This document shows positions 39,601-48,993 of a DNA stretch of 64,000 bases, one piece after another. The notes below the pieces were generated by a model that had not been told where the DNA came from, did not search any database, and was given only the letters and a program-made list of their open reading frames with translations. Position numbers and translations under genes: made by a program. The DNA is from Marine Group II euryarchaeote MED-G34. GTDB lineage: Archaea; Thermoplasmatota; Poseidoniia; Poseidoniales; Thalassarchaeaceae. Location of the stretch: the NCBI GenBank assembly GCA_002457605.1, contig NTJT01000001.1, forward strand, positions 15,269 to 79,268, in the 5' to 3' direction. Numbering within the stretch: the stretch's first letter is position 1; every line of letters starts with the position of its first letter.

Positions 39601-41057
39601 CTGGAGTAGCTTTCTTCATCAGCGGTTTCGCCGACCTCGGCAGGTCGGTAAACAGCGTCCTATCAGGCATCACCTCAGACATCTCGACCAGCTCGGAGTC
39701 CGAAGAAGACTTCTCCTTCGGCCTCCAGTTGGAGGCCGACTCAACATTCGACTTGACCGTAGAGGCTGTGCATGGCGACGGTTCGCTCAGGGTACCCACT
39801 TGGGTCCATGGGGTCGCCTTTCAGGCATCTCCCTCCGGAATCGCTGATGGCTTCCACTTGAGGATATGGCTACCCGAACTCCCTCCATTAATTGACTTCT
39901 CGATTACTAGGCAGAACAAGGTCAACGGCCAGAACTGGGGTATCAGTGTGGGCCTTGAAGGCTGGGTGCCGGCACATAGCGAACTCATGGTCCAGATTTA
40001 CGGAATCAACGGTCAGGACTTGCTACTGACCCTTCAGGGTCTGACGGTCGGAGCATCTACTAATCTCGGACTCGATGCGGTATTTGAAATCAAATCGGTC
40101 GGTGAAATTACCGAGGTCACAACCTCGACCCACTATGTTCTCTCTGAGAGGTTGGACTGGGTCCACGTCCTTCTAATCAACAGAGAGGCGGGAAGCAGGA
40201 CCGAGGTGATGATTCAGGACATCCCGGAGACCGTTGATTTGCAAGCTAGCATAGGCACGGCGATATCCATTGACATGACCGTTCCCGAACAGTACAGGCG
40301 CGACGGCTCCTCAGTCGGTTCCATCATGATGCAGCAGATGCAGTGGCTGGATTCAGCATGGTGGCCTGCAACGATATTCCTGACCGACGTTCCCGGCTGG
40401 ATTAACCTGACGACAGCCCCCTCGCTTGAGTTCGACATAACTCAAAATCTGGCTTTCCAAGGAACCCCGACGCTTGACTTCAGGGCTTCCGAAGAGGGCA
40501 TGTCATTGTACATAGAGGTCTTTGGTAGGGCGATAAACAAGAGAGGAGACACAATCTTACTAGCTGAGGGAATGACCGATTTCATGTCAATTAGTACCAC
40601 CAAGACATTCGGTCTCTCCATCAGATCAGGTGGCGTTGGGGTCGAACGTCTGTACATCAGGATGAGCAACGTTCCAGTCACACCTCCATTGGTTCTTGAG
40701 GAGATGGAGGCGTTGGGTGAGAACCTACAGCGGGCCACGGTCAACATCAGGGAGCTAGTGGGTCCGTACAGCATCATTGAGATTGATGACGTTCAGGGTG
40801 AGAGAATCATCGTCTCGGCCCGTGCCTCAGCCGACATTGAGGGCAACGAATTCGATCTCAGAGGCGTCCTCCTCGACGCTCAGATTACCGATGGTATTCC
40901 AACCGGTACAACTCTGGGAGTCAATGGAATAGCCTCTGATCTCTCATTGCTCAACATGGTTCCAGGAATGAGCGGCTCGACCAAGCATGTGATGGTCGTA
41001 GAGCCATTCTCATCTGCGATTCTTACGATACTTGCGACGTTCATGGGAGGTGATTAA
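36672..41057 (+). CDS. Large exported beta-rich hypothetical protein (1461 aa)
   Basis: N-terminal hydrophobic signal, DVDNDGD Ca-type loop, recurring [DG][LIV]Pxx[LIVF] motifs, hydrophobic C-terminus. Confidence 0.8.
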   Translation: MGNTGIRLVSRAPRANNSHTLLMALLFLLPILSPFSAVSGEARIESQDFEVLDQLSEVLEERQEMLDSNSVAQLAQPIIEGIGNSVVPTGPSDPLANVDGSIDGVSMVTTTPPQPQHPGPYNLLLDPSSSSPGQVDNIWQTLVNLTDYVIWTEYIDLDGNTIQSFEVVTFSANLLSLFDINSEPLLHEIDVDNDGDDDIEVGLKIAWEFLGGWGVEGGVLWIEPGISYSVKVLDSSQNDLDWNMMDSLQVSLIKAFAYSGQDSILALGDGETYIWVVDSRFTAQPDDFTLRVGIERFYFDISGASSDLVFTLIQALTLGLINQGADESGITFAAIAAPYAIEFRNPGGRDCPDRYSPDEMLFATYTELNCGVSAGFGYLHFSPPDESGDRDLWELAYIELSFHPNKQAVVIPEEADVVIRTDSVLPENSIVDGERGLTTIEYWADERTDLHIHFHENRSELPPEESSDGGRGNVTDSVGWLRGLPKGSLSEGEIERVFRMLGSDGSRSQLPGELPQRLGFIIGIKNFSRDNSENVDDPTLPVNPANPPKTLILIRSVQSIEELNYDSWFIREGAAEDHRKIHIRAKDLPTALVLYGSFELSSGSSSESGLDSEDSLDFVSKIVDNVLINIVDLFLDIGTILNDVPSAVVDVISGGVDGTSGLAGRTVHLLLTDNWLVTRSDMPLTSLSIQIGSSDHPTDSGDHLMLAKDRGLGLVQGRNGPIEPLAPVAASIGFSGLIAFSLIDDNELDEQVVILRTASDERFSFTYIDYHSKTLEGASFEALTLSDIPDNLSIQVSASGMEYLASSGIESITYAGMDGTQRQAATIIGVPDSFSTTSGFVTGWSSSTPISSIEAQISNSTDPVRLTGDHFLFHHDQITGASTISTRLTGLSEVSWTEPSVEGASGPAGRGTAQISASGDRALSINVDHAPTVGGDSLSVIASIDPLPSTVRIQIPTGSDSGASLDVPEFNTSNGLSGVAFFISGFADLGRSVNSVLSGITSDISTSSESEEDFSFGLQLEADSTFDLTVEAVHGDGSLRVPTWVHGVAFQASPSGIADGFHLRIWLPELPPLIDFSITRQNKVNGQNWGISVGLEGWVPAHSELMVQIYGINGQDLLLTLQGLTVGASTNLGLDAVFEIKSVGEITEVTTSTHYVLSERLDWVHVLLINREAGSRTEVMIQDIPETVDLQASIGTAISIDMTVPEQYRRDGSSVGSIMMQQMQWLDSAWWPATIFLTDVPGWINLTTAPSLEFDITQNLAFQGTPTLDFRASEEGMSLYIEVFGRAINKRGDTILLAEGMTDFMSISTTKTFGLSIRSGGVGVERLYIRMSNVPVTPPLVLEEMEALGENLQRATVNIRELVGPYSIIEIDDVQGERIIVSARASADIEGNEFDLRGVLLDAQITDGIPTGTTLGVNGIASDLSLLNMVPGMSGSTKHVMVVEPFSSAILTILATFMGGD

Positions 41058-41058
41058 A

Positions 41059-41613
41059 ATGGGACTGCTAGAGAAGCTAAGGAGTGAGGACGAGGAGGCT
41101 GACACCCAGATTGCCCACGAGGTGTTAGAGCGAATCGAGGAGGAAGCTAGGAGACACATCTCACCGACTCGAGTGATTTTCGCCTCTGTGGCAGTCATGC
41201 TTCTGCTCGTTGCGAGCCTGTTTGTATTGACCTGGATTGTTCCATACGACCGTGTAAGTGTAGACGTGGTGTATAGACAAGGGGGCCCTGGCCACGTAGT
41301 TCTGGTCGAACTCGACAACGATGGCAGCCGTACCATCGAAGACATCGATCTGCAGGTTAGATTCATCGACTCAGAAGGAATAGAGATTTCTCGATCATCA
41401 TTTCTCAGGGACAACCTACCGGCTCACTCGTCGGTTTCAGGGGACGACATGGAACTACTGGTTGACGGCGCCTCAGTGTGGGAGAATTACACCATCGAAA
41501 TTCTGCTCTACTACGACTCCTACGCTGGCCAGAGGAGTGAGAGATGGACTCACAATGTGGGAGAGTGGACAATGGAGATATTCTCTGACAAGTCGCAGTA
41601 CCGATTCCTGTAG
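41059..41613 (+). CDS. Single-TM protein with extracellular Ig-like domain
   Basis: GGAGGTGA RBS inside the upstream stop region; TM then LDNDGSRTIEDI beta-sandwich-like segment. Confidence 0.75.
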   Translation: MGLLEKLRSEDEEADTQIAHEVLERIEEEARRHISPTRVIFASVAVMLLLVASLFVLTWIVPYDRVSVDVVYRQGGPGHVVLVELDNDGSRTIEDIDLQVRFIDSEGIEISRSSFLRDNLPAHSSVSGDDMELLVDGASVWENYTIEILLYYDSYAGQRSERWTHNVGEWTMEIFSDKSQYRFL

Positions 41614-41632
41614 TGTCCAATCATGACTTTTC

Positions 41633-41651
41633 ATGGGTTCGTAGAACCCAT
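41633..41651. repeat. Perfect 8-3-8 inverted repeat upstream of the S8 protease
   Basis: ATGGGTTC-GTA-GAACCCAT. Confidence 0.7.
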
Positions 41652-41684
41652 ACGCTCAAATTGAGGAGGACGAGGCGATAGCCG

Positions 41685-44600
41685 ATGACAAAGCGCTTAG
41701 TGACACTGATGATGACAATTCTTCTGTTGTCCTACGCCCCTATTCTCGATCAGTCGCCTACTGAGGGAAATACCACTGTGGAATCCTTGGATCGCGTGGT
41801 CGAGAAAGTGGAAATTTCTCCTGACCCAAACAGCATTCAAGACCTCGGCGCCCCACAAATCTACTCTGGCTTCGAAGATTTCCGGGCGACAAGAGCCGAC
41901 TCCACCATTGGCGTCTACACTCAAGCAGGATTACTCCCCTCAGTTCAGATGAGCGTCGAGTTGGCTAATCCACGAAACGACCTCGCAATAGTTCTCATCG
42001 ATGGCGAAGTTGGCCTCTGGGAGGCGAGGCAGGCCCTACTCGAAGCAGCTGATGTTGAAGTCAGGTCTACCATTCCTCCCTCTGGATTCCTAGTGCAGGC
42101 TACACCCGAAAGTATCTCCGCACTTTCTCAAATCAAAGAGGTTGAAGCCGTACACGAAGTCCCAGCCGGCCTTCTGGTTCACCCTGATTTGAGAATGGCT
42201 AACGGGGACCAAACACTCCTCGTCGAAGTACTTGGTTGGAAGAACTCGGACCTAGTCCGACAAGACCAACCAGGTATGGGTTTCGAGGATTCTTTGAACA
42301 TCGCCGCATCACTCTGGATGGAGGAGGCGTGGTCACCAGAGGAGGGTAGAATGTGGGGTATGATATCACCTAGTGAAGTGGCTGATTTAGCCAGACATTC
42401 TTCTGTCGCTTATGTCGCCCCTATGCCCCTTCTAGTTCTGCATAACGACCAAGCTAGGGTCCACATGGGAATCAACTCAGTTGAGACCACCTTCATCACT
42501 GGATTGAATGGTAGCGGGCAGAAGATTGCTGTGGGTGATTCCGGCCTCGACGACGACCACGGAGACTTCACAGGACGAATCGCCGGCCTGACTTCGGTCA
42601 CCCCTGGAGATTCATCGACAGCAGATCTCTCAGACGGGCACGGCACTCATGTTGCTTGCACAGTGTTGGGTGACGGATTTCGTAGCAGTGGCACCTACCA
42701 GGGAATAGCACCCGAGGCCCAAGTTTACTTCCAGGCTATGGAGGACGACGATACTGGACAGTTGTACAGTTACGGCATCAATAGTATGTTGAATTCTGCT
42801 TACAATAACGGCGCCCGATTGCACACAAACAGTTGGGGCGCTGGTAGTGGAGGCGGCAGTTATTCGACCCAATCAGAGGATGCGGACTCCCGCACCTCGA
42901 CATGGGATCAATACTGGTCTTATCAGGGTATGACCGTGCTGTTCGCAGCCGGCAACGAGAGGAACGAAGGAGTCTCACCACCTGGGACTGCAAAGAACGT
43001 CATCACTGTCGGCGGACACAAGAATCGATACAGCGGTGCTCCTGATGAGATGTACTACTGGAGCAGCCGTGGTCCGACTGATGATGGGAGAATCAAACCA
43101 GACCTAGTCGCCCCCGGGGACTACGTCAGGTCGTGCAAATCGCAGGAGGCGGACAGCGCTCAGGGTTCATGGAGTAACAACTGGTACCTCGAGTATAGTG
43201 GCACCTCGATGTCCACCCCAGCTGCTGCCGGAGCGTCTGTCCTAGTCAGAGAGTACCTGATGGAGGTGATTGGTAGGCAGGCGCCACAAGGCGCCCTAAT
43301 CAAGGGACTTCTGATACTCGGTGCTCAGGATATGGGTACTCGGGATATACCCAACAACGATGAGGGGTGGGGCCGACTGAATCTCGTCGAGTCGCTGATT
43401 CCAGACAGTGATGTTGGTATCTTCGTCGACGACCGCTCCCGACTCTCTAGTGGACAGACGAGCGAGTACTCCTTCGATATCACCCGTGCGGGCGAGCCGA
43501 TGAAGGTGGTACTGACTTGGTCTGACTATCCTGGCTCATCTTCTTCTTCGACTCAACTTAGGAACGACCTCGACCTTGAGGTCATATCTCCCAACGGACA
43601 GATTACGTACAAAGGCAACGCCTTCGTAAACGGACGATCAGTCAATGGCGGGACCAAGGACTCCACCAATAACGTCGAGGTTGTGCTAATCGACAACGCA
43701 GCCACGGGAACGTGGACTGTGCGCGTGCGCGACGCCCAGCATGGCGGTAGCCGGACTTGGCAGCCATACGCTCTCGCTGTTCGCGGCGTCAATGTCAATG
43801 ATTTGAGTCCAGATCCAACCTTTGTCCAGAACTCATTTGAGATTTCATCCCCTATTCCTCAAGTCGGAGAGGAGGTCGATGTTTCCGTCATCATTCAGAA
43901 CCAAGGTGCCGGTTCGGTCGCCGACCTCTCGGTCATCGCCCGAGCCGACAGCAATCTGCTTGGCACCCATCAGTTGAGTATGTCTCCTGGGGAATCGGCA
44001 GTACTCGAGTGGAACTGGACGCCGACACAAGAGGGAGATGTGGAGTTCACATTCCACATAGATCCGAGTGATACAGTAGAGGAAGTCTCAGAGACTAACA
44101 ATTACCTCACTCATACTGTCATTGTCAGCGCACCAGGGGTCAGGGTGTCCTCAGAACAGGAAACCGTCACTCTCGGTGATGCGACAGACAGTTCGACCAC
44201 TTGGCAACTCTCACTGATGAATACCGCTCTGTTCGAGACCAACGCTACAATAGAGGTCAGTGACCCTGTTCGGATGCAGGATGGAGTGCAATACGATTGG
44301 TTCACGTCGTTTACCTCAAACACCTTCAATCTCGAGGCAGCCGAAACTGAATTAGTCAGTCTGACTATGGTGCATCCCGCACCCCCTCCCCCTGGACTCT
44401 ACAGTATGGTGGTTACTGGTACAGACGTTGAGAATAGCGTCACCTCAGAGCTGGTGATATTCTTCGACGTGCCAGTGCTGGCTGGAGCTGAAATTGTGAT
44501 GCCAGGGGAGCAGTTCCTCGTGAGTCCGCTTGAGTCCACAGAACTGCAGATACTGGTCTTCAACGAGGGCAACGGCGCTCAGGCCTATGATGTGGAACTG

Positions 44601-46178
44601 GTATCCCCCGCGGGCTGGCATCTCGGATTCGACACGCTTGGCGCCTTCGCTGGATCTTCACACGGTTCGACCGGGACCATGGCTAGGGACGCTGGACGAA
44701 CAGTCGACATCACAATCAATCCTCCAGGTGCTATGATTCCTGCAGGATCCGTTTTTGATGCTGCGATAATCATCCACTCACGAGTCAGTTCCGACTCTTG
44801 GAGCGAGGACATTTCACTTGTGGTCAAGGCGATAGACGAGGTCAGTACTACACCTTCATCCGACGGAGCAGAGCACGACATCTCTCCCGACGCACTACTG
44901 GAAATCGAGGTGGATCTCAGCAATCTGGGAAATCGGATGCTGGACCTACAGCCGTATGTGCGCAACATCCCTGGAGGATGGACTGTATCAGGAGGGCTGG
45001 ACACCATCAGCATCCCCGCGGGAGAATCTGGTGTTTGGTCTGTGGCTCTACAGGGCAACGGAGTAGCTGTTAGTGGGGATTTCGAACTCAGATTCGCTAC
45101 TGATGATGGCTTTTACATAGACTGGAACCGAACTCTAAACGTCCTTTCAGGAGCAATTCCCTCTCTGAGTTTCCACATGGTCGCTCTGCCCGATGGAACC
45201 GTCTCAGACTATCCACTTGGAGTTGGATCTCACCCAGTTGGTGAGCCCGGCTTCGACCTTGCTTGGACAGTTACCAATCAAGGCTCTACCACATGGCGAC
45301 CTACTACTTACCTCGAGGTTCCTGACGATGATTGGTCATCGAGTTGTTCCGCTCCCTCTACGCTTTCAGCAGGCGCCTCATCCACAGTTTGGTGCACTGT
45401 AGTAATACCTCTGTCAGCCGAGGCCTTATCCGAACCCATCATCACACTAGTTATGCAAGGTGAAGGCGTTGAGGTGAGCGATTCGATATCACTACTGGTT
45501 GAGTCTGTTGCTAGAGTGAGTTGGACTTTGAACAATCAACCTACAGGGCATGAGGGCTACCCGACTACACTGTACATCGATTTACAGAACACCGGCAATT
45601 CGGAGATATCTCACATTCTCCAAGTATCTGGTCCTGAGGGTTGGGCCCCTCTAATTCTCGATGGAGTAGTGGTTAACTTGAGACCCGGAGAGACCCGGAG
45701 TCTTGATGTCGGATTCACTCCTAATTCTGGGAGCGATGGGATTCTAGTGGTCGAATTGGCCGATGCCGATGACGTCGAAGATTTCTCATTCAGCATGGAA
45801 ATCGACGTACTTCCGGCTGCTAAGGTGCAAGGAACATCAATTCTAGAGACACTAATGATTGCAGTTTTGGTACTCGCGCTGGTCGGTGGTGGCCTCTATG
45901 TTTACTCCCGTAGGGGAAAAGACTCCTCAAGTCTGATTCAAACTGAAGCACTGAGTAAGATAGCCGATAGTTTCGGGTTGGGTGAGAAGGAGATAGTAGA
46001 GAGCAGTGGAGTCCCCTGCTGGATTTGTAGTCAGGACATCACATTAGAGGCGGCATGGGCCTGTTCCGAGTGCGGTGCTAGATATCACAGGGCAGGTCAG
46101 GTGCAGGGCTGCGACGTCCTCTCCATGGGCAACTGCCTGCACTGCGACGCCCCTTCCGAAGATCTCGTTGAAGTGTGA
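41685..46178 (+). CDS. Membrane-anchored S8 subtilisin-like protease (KP-43-like) with CARDB/Ig repeats and C-terminal RING-like finger
   Basis: Triad GDSG / HGTHV / GTSMS, AAGNE oxyanion, SSRGPTDDGRIKPD, NNVE; NxG Ig repeats; TM; C4HC3 tail. Confidence 0.92.
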   Translation: MTKRLVTLMMTILLLSYAPILDQSPTEGNTTVESLDRVVEKVEISPDPNSIQDLGAPQIYSGFEDFRATRADSTIGVYTQAGLLPSVQMSVELANPRNDLAIVLIDGEVGLWEARQALLEAADVEVRSTIPPSGFLVQATPESISALSQIKEVEAVHEVPAGLLVHPDLRMANGDQTLLVEVLGWKNSDLVRQDQPGMGFEDSLNIAASLWMEEAWSPEEGRMWGMISPSEVADLARHSSVAYVAPMPLLVLHNDQARVHMGINSVETTFITGLNGSGQKIAVGDSGLDDDHGDFTGRIAGLTSVTPGDSSTADLSDGHGTHVACTVLGDGFRSSGTYQGIAPEAQVYFQAMEDDDTGQLYSYGINSMLNSAYNNGARLHTNSWGAGSGGGSYSTQSEDADSRTSTWDQYWSYQGMTVLFAAGNERNEGVSPPGTAKNVITVGGHKNRYSGAPDEMYYWSSRGPTDDGRIKPDLVAPGDYVRSCKSQEADSAQGSWSNNWYLEYSGTSMSTPAAAGASVLVREYLMEVIGRQAPQGALIKGLLILGAQDMGTRDIPNNDEGWGRLNLVESLIPDSDVGIFVDDRSRLSSGQTSEYSFDITRAGEPMKVVLTWSDYPGSSSSSTQLRNDLDLEVISPNGQITYKGNAFVNGRSVNGGTKDSTNNVEVVLIDNAATGTWTVRVRDAQHGGSRTWQPYALAVRGVNVNDLSPDPTFVQNSFEISSPIPQVGEEVDVSVIIQNQGAGSVADLSVIARADSNLLGTHQLSMSPGESAVLEWNWTPTQEGDVEFTFHIDPSDTVEEVSETNNYLTHTVIVSAPGVRVSSEQETVTLGDATDSSTTWQLSLMNTALFETNATIEVSDPVRMQDGVQYDWFTSFTSNTFNLEAAETELVSLTMVHPAPPPPGLYSMVVTGTDVENSVTSELVIFFDVPVLAGAEIVMPGEQFLVSPLESTELQILVFNEGNGAQAYDVELVSPAGWHLGFDTLGAFAGSSHGSTGTMARDAGRTVDITINPPGAMIPAGSVFDAAIIIHSRVSSDSWSEDISLVVKAIDEVSTTPSSDGAEHDISPDALLEIEVDLSNLGNRMLDLQPYVRNIPGGWTVSGGLDTISIPAGESGVWSVALQGNGVAVSGDFELRFATDDGFYIDWNRTLNVLSGAIPSLSFHMVALPDGTVSDYPLGVGSHPVGEPGFDLAWTVTNQGSTTWRPTTYLEVPDDDWSSSCSAPSTLSAGASSTVWCTVVIPLSAEALSEPIITLVMQGEGVEVSDSISLLVESVARVSWTLNNQPTGHEGYPTTLYIDLQNTGNSEISHILQVSGPEGWAPLILDGVVVNLRPGETRSLDVGFTPNSGSDGILVVELADADDVEDFSFSMEIDVLPAAKVQGTSILETLMIAVLVLALVGGGLYVYSRRGKDSSSLIQTEALSKIADSFGLGEKEIVESSGVPCWICSQDITLEAAWACSECGARYHRAGQVQGCDVLSMGNCLHCDAPSEDLVEV

Positions 46179-46184
46179 ATTTAC

Positions 46185-46203
46185 CGCGACCCAAGGGGTC
46201 GCG
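46185..46203. repeat. Perfect 8-3-8 inverted repeat after the S8 protease
   Basis: CGCGACCC-AAG-GGGTCGCG. Confidence 0.7.
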
Positions 46204-46244
46204 TCGCCCGAAGTCCTTAGAGGGACGGTTATGTCGGGGTGCCG

Positions 46245-48938
46245 ATGAAGCGCAGTTCATCTGCCATCATTCTAACCGCGATGTTGCTGCTCACAATCGT
46301 AACACCGTTAGCCGCAGCAGCGGTATCAGTGTCCCTTTCTGCCAATCCTACGGCTCAGGAGGCTACCACAGATGACGACGCTGAGTACGACATCATCGTG
46401 ACCAATGACGGGGATGAGGACATCTCAGTGTCTCTCAGCACGCAGCAGGGAAATGACTGCAATGGATTCAGCTCCTCCTTGGACACGTTCCAAGTCTCGG
46501 TTAACGAAGGTGAGTCTGAGACCGTCAAACTAACCGTCACCGTGAATGACCAGGCCGATGGCGACTGTGAGACGACGGTGAACGCCCAAGCTACTGGTGG
46601 ACTAGGATCTCCTGCCAGCGACGATGTCACAGTGACGACAACCGCAGGTGATGGTGGCGGACTCTACTCGGTGAAGCTGACTACAGATGAGCAGTTGAAG
46701 ACCTACGACGGCGACTCGACCGAGTCCGACAGCGTCGTTTGGGATGTCGAGGTTGAGAACAACGGCGAGCAACAGGCAAACGTTCAACTGGAAATGACTT
46801 CAGACAGTGACTGCGAGTCTGATACTCTCGATGCCACCGTAGACCCTCAGGTTCTGCAATTGGACCCAGAGGACAAAGAGACTGTCGAAGTGACTGTGGA
46901 CGTGCCTGACGGCAGTTCAACCGAAGCGGGAGATCACTGCTTCATCCTCAAAGCCACTGTGACCAACGATCCCAATGCGGCCGACCAAGCCGAGGACAAC
47001 ATCACCCTGACTCTCAAGATACCGGAGCGCAAGGATTGTGATCCCGATCTGCAGTTCACCTCGCACAACCTCGATCCGGGAGATTCGGCCACCAACTCGT
47101 TCGAGGTCGAGAACATTGGGAACACGGAGTGGACCGTGACTGCCAACGCACAGGCTCAGGACTCCGACCACGATATTGCAGGATGGGTGGACTTCGACAG
47201 TCCCCTGAGCAAACTTCTCTCTGAGCCAGGCGGTTCGCAGGATAGCCATACTTTCACCTTCAGTGTGACTCCTGATGATTCCATCGAATCTGGGACACAA
47301 GTGGGGATCAAGATTCAGGGGCGTGCTGGGACTTCAATCGGATGTGAGCAGATTCTAACTGTCACCGTCGGCCAGAGCCACGGTGCTTCCATGACCCTGA
47401 GCAAGAACAAACTCAGCAATGTCGAGCCGGGCAGTTCTGACACAGTCACAGTCCAGATTACCAATCAAGGGAATGGCATGGAGACCATGTCCATCGGCGC
47501 CACAGGACTGCCTCCGGGATGGCAGATTTCATTCTCTCAGACTTCAGTGACCATCGGTAGTTCACACTCCGGCAATAACAAAGAGACAGTGACTGCAGAG
47601 ATATTCGTTCCCGAGGACGCTAGCGCTGCCGAGGACACGGTCATTACCTTCACAGTCGGACGTGGCGGAGGTAGCACTCCTTACGACACCAAGGACCTCA
47701 CAGTGTCAGTGGCTGCGCGTCATAGCGTCACCACTTCGATACTCTCAACCCAGCAGACAGGCCGAACGGAACAGACAATCCAGTTTCCCATAGATGTGAC
47801 CAACTCGGGAAACATTCAGGACACTTTCAAGCTGCAGGCCTGCGACCCAGGAGATAACACAGGATGCAACTCTCCGATGTGGGAGTCGTCATTCTCCGAT
47901 TCGCAGGGAAACACAATCTCACAAATTATTCTCGACCCCAGTCAGAAGCAGACCATCTATCTCGACATCTTAGTCGAGGGTGAGGAGGACGCTGATTCGG
48001 TCAGCGTGCTTGCACGGATAGCTATCTATGGGACCTCAGTGGCGGACGAGCACACTGTCAGTGTGGTGGTCTCGAACTTCAACTACGCAATGGCTATCTC
48101 CCCTCAGAATCCCGGTGAGGTACCTGACCAGATTGAAGCAACCCTTCCTCCGGGTGGTTCCATGACCGCCGCATTCTGGGTCGAGAACACAGGGGACTAT
48201 CCTGGAGGGGACAAAGCCGTGATTACCGTCATCGGTATGGAGTCGTCAGTGCTCAGGACGATGACGATTGAAGGCGTCGAGATTGATGGGACAGTGACGC
48301 TGGGGATGGGAGAGAGAGTACTTGTCGAGGTCCATATCGACGTTCTCGAAGGAGTTGCAAACGGAGTCTCTGGCGTAGTCAAGGTTAGTGCTTCTTCGGA
48401 GAGGAACACAGCTCAGAGCACTTCGGTTGATATTGTGGTTGAGGTGAGGACCATCCACGATCTCAGATTCACACTCGAAGGCGAGGACGAGCAGACCTCC
48501 GAATATCCAGACAAGGCCTATTTCGTCCTCTACATCACTAACCATGGCAACATTGTCGAAGATGTCCAAGTTCTATCCAGTGAATCTCTTAGGGGTTGGA
48601 CCGTCAATGTCGATTTCGACGAGTTTGAACTTGAACCTGGACTGACAAAAGAGGTTCAGGTTAGTGTCACACCACCTAGCGATTTACTCGACGATGATAC
48701 CTACATGTTCACTGTCACTGTGCAACCCGAGGGGATTGCAGTCGCTGGTGAACCCATCGATTTGACGGTGACCTCACAGATGCCATCGACCTTCATCGGC
48801 CTGTCTGAGGAAATGGCTCAGGCGCTCGTCTACGGGTCTATTGTTCTGGGCGCAATTTTGGTCATCGTACTGTTCTTTCGCTCTCGTTCGGAGAACCGCC
48901 GAATAGTCGAAGCACTCGAAAATCAGTTTGAGGACTAG
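46245..48938 (+). CDS. Surface protein with ~7 Ig-like (CARDB/NEW3, COG1470-like) repeats and C-terminal TM
   Basis: Signal peptide; repeated [VI]xNxG motifs (VTNDG, VENNG, VENIG, ITNQG, VTNSG, VENTG, ITNHG); paired Cys; TM + basic tail. Confidence 0.82.
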   Translation: MKRSSSAIILTAMLLLTIVTPLAAAAVSVSLSANPTAQEATTDDDAEYDIIVTNDGDEDISVSLSTQQGNDCNGFSSSLDTFQVSVNEGESETVKLTVTVNDQADGDCETTVNAQATGGLGSPASDDVTVTTTAGDGGGLYSVKLTTDEQLKTYDGDSTESDSVVWDVEVENNGEQQANVQLEMTSDSDCESDTLDATVDPQVLQLDPEDKETVEVTVDVPDGSSTEAGDHCFILKATVTNDPNAADQAEDNITLTLKIPERKDCDPDLQFTSHNLDPGDSATNSFEVENIGNTEWTVTANAQAQDSDHDIAGWVDFDSPLSKLLSEPGGSQDSHTFTFSVTPDDSIESGTQVGIKIQGRAGTSIGCEQILTVTVGQSHGASMTLSKNKLSNVEPGSSDTVTVQITNQGNGMETMSIGATGLPPGWQISFSQTSVTIGSSHSGNNKETVTAEIFVPEDASAAEDTVITFTVGRGGGSTPYDTKDLTVSVAARHSVTTSILSTQQTGRTEQTIQFPIDVTNSGNIQDTFKLQACDPGDNTGCNSPMWESSFSDSQGNTISQIILDPSQKQTIYLDILVEGEEDADSVSVLARIAIYGTSVADEHTVSVVVSNFNYAMAISPQNPGEVPDQIEATLPPGGSMTAAFWVENTGDYPGGDKAVITVIGMESSVLRTMTIEGVEIDGTVTLGMGERVLVEVHIDVLEGVANGVSGVVKVSASSERNTAQSTSVDIVVEVRTIHDLRFTLEGEDEQTSEYPDKAYFVLYITNHGNIVEDVQVLSSESLRGWTVNVDFDEFELEPGLTKEVQVSVTPPSDLLDDDTYMFTVTVQPEGIAVAGEPIDLTVTSQMPSTFIGLSEEMAQALVYGSIVLGAILVIVLFFRSRSENRRIVEALENQFED

Positions 48939-48993
48939 TTACGACTCCAAAGTCGAGTCCGGATAGGCTTATTGCCGAAATTCAGGTGCAATG

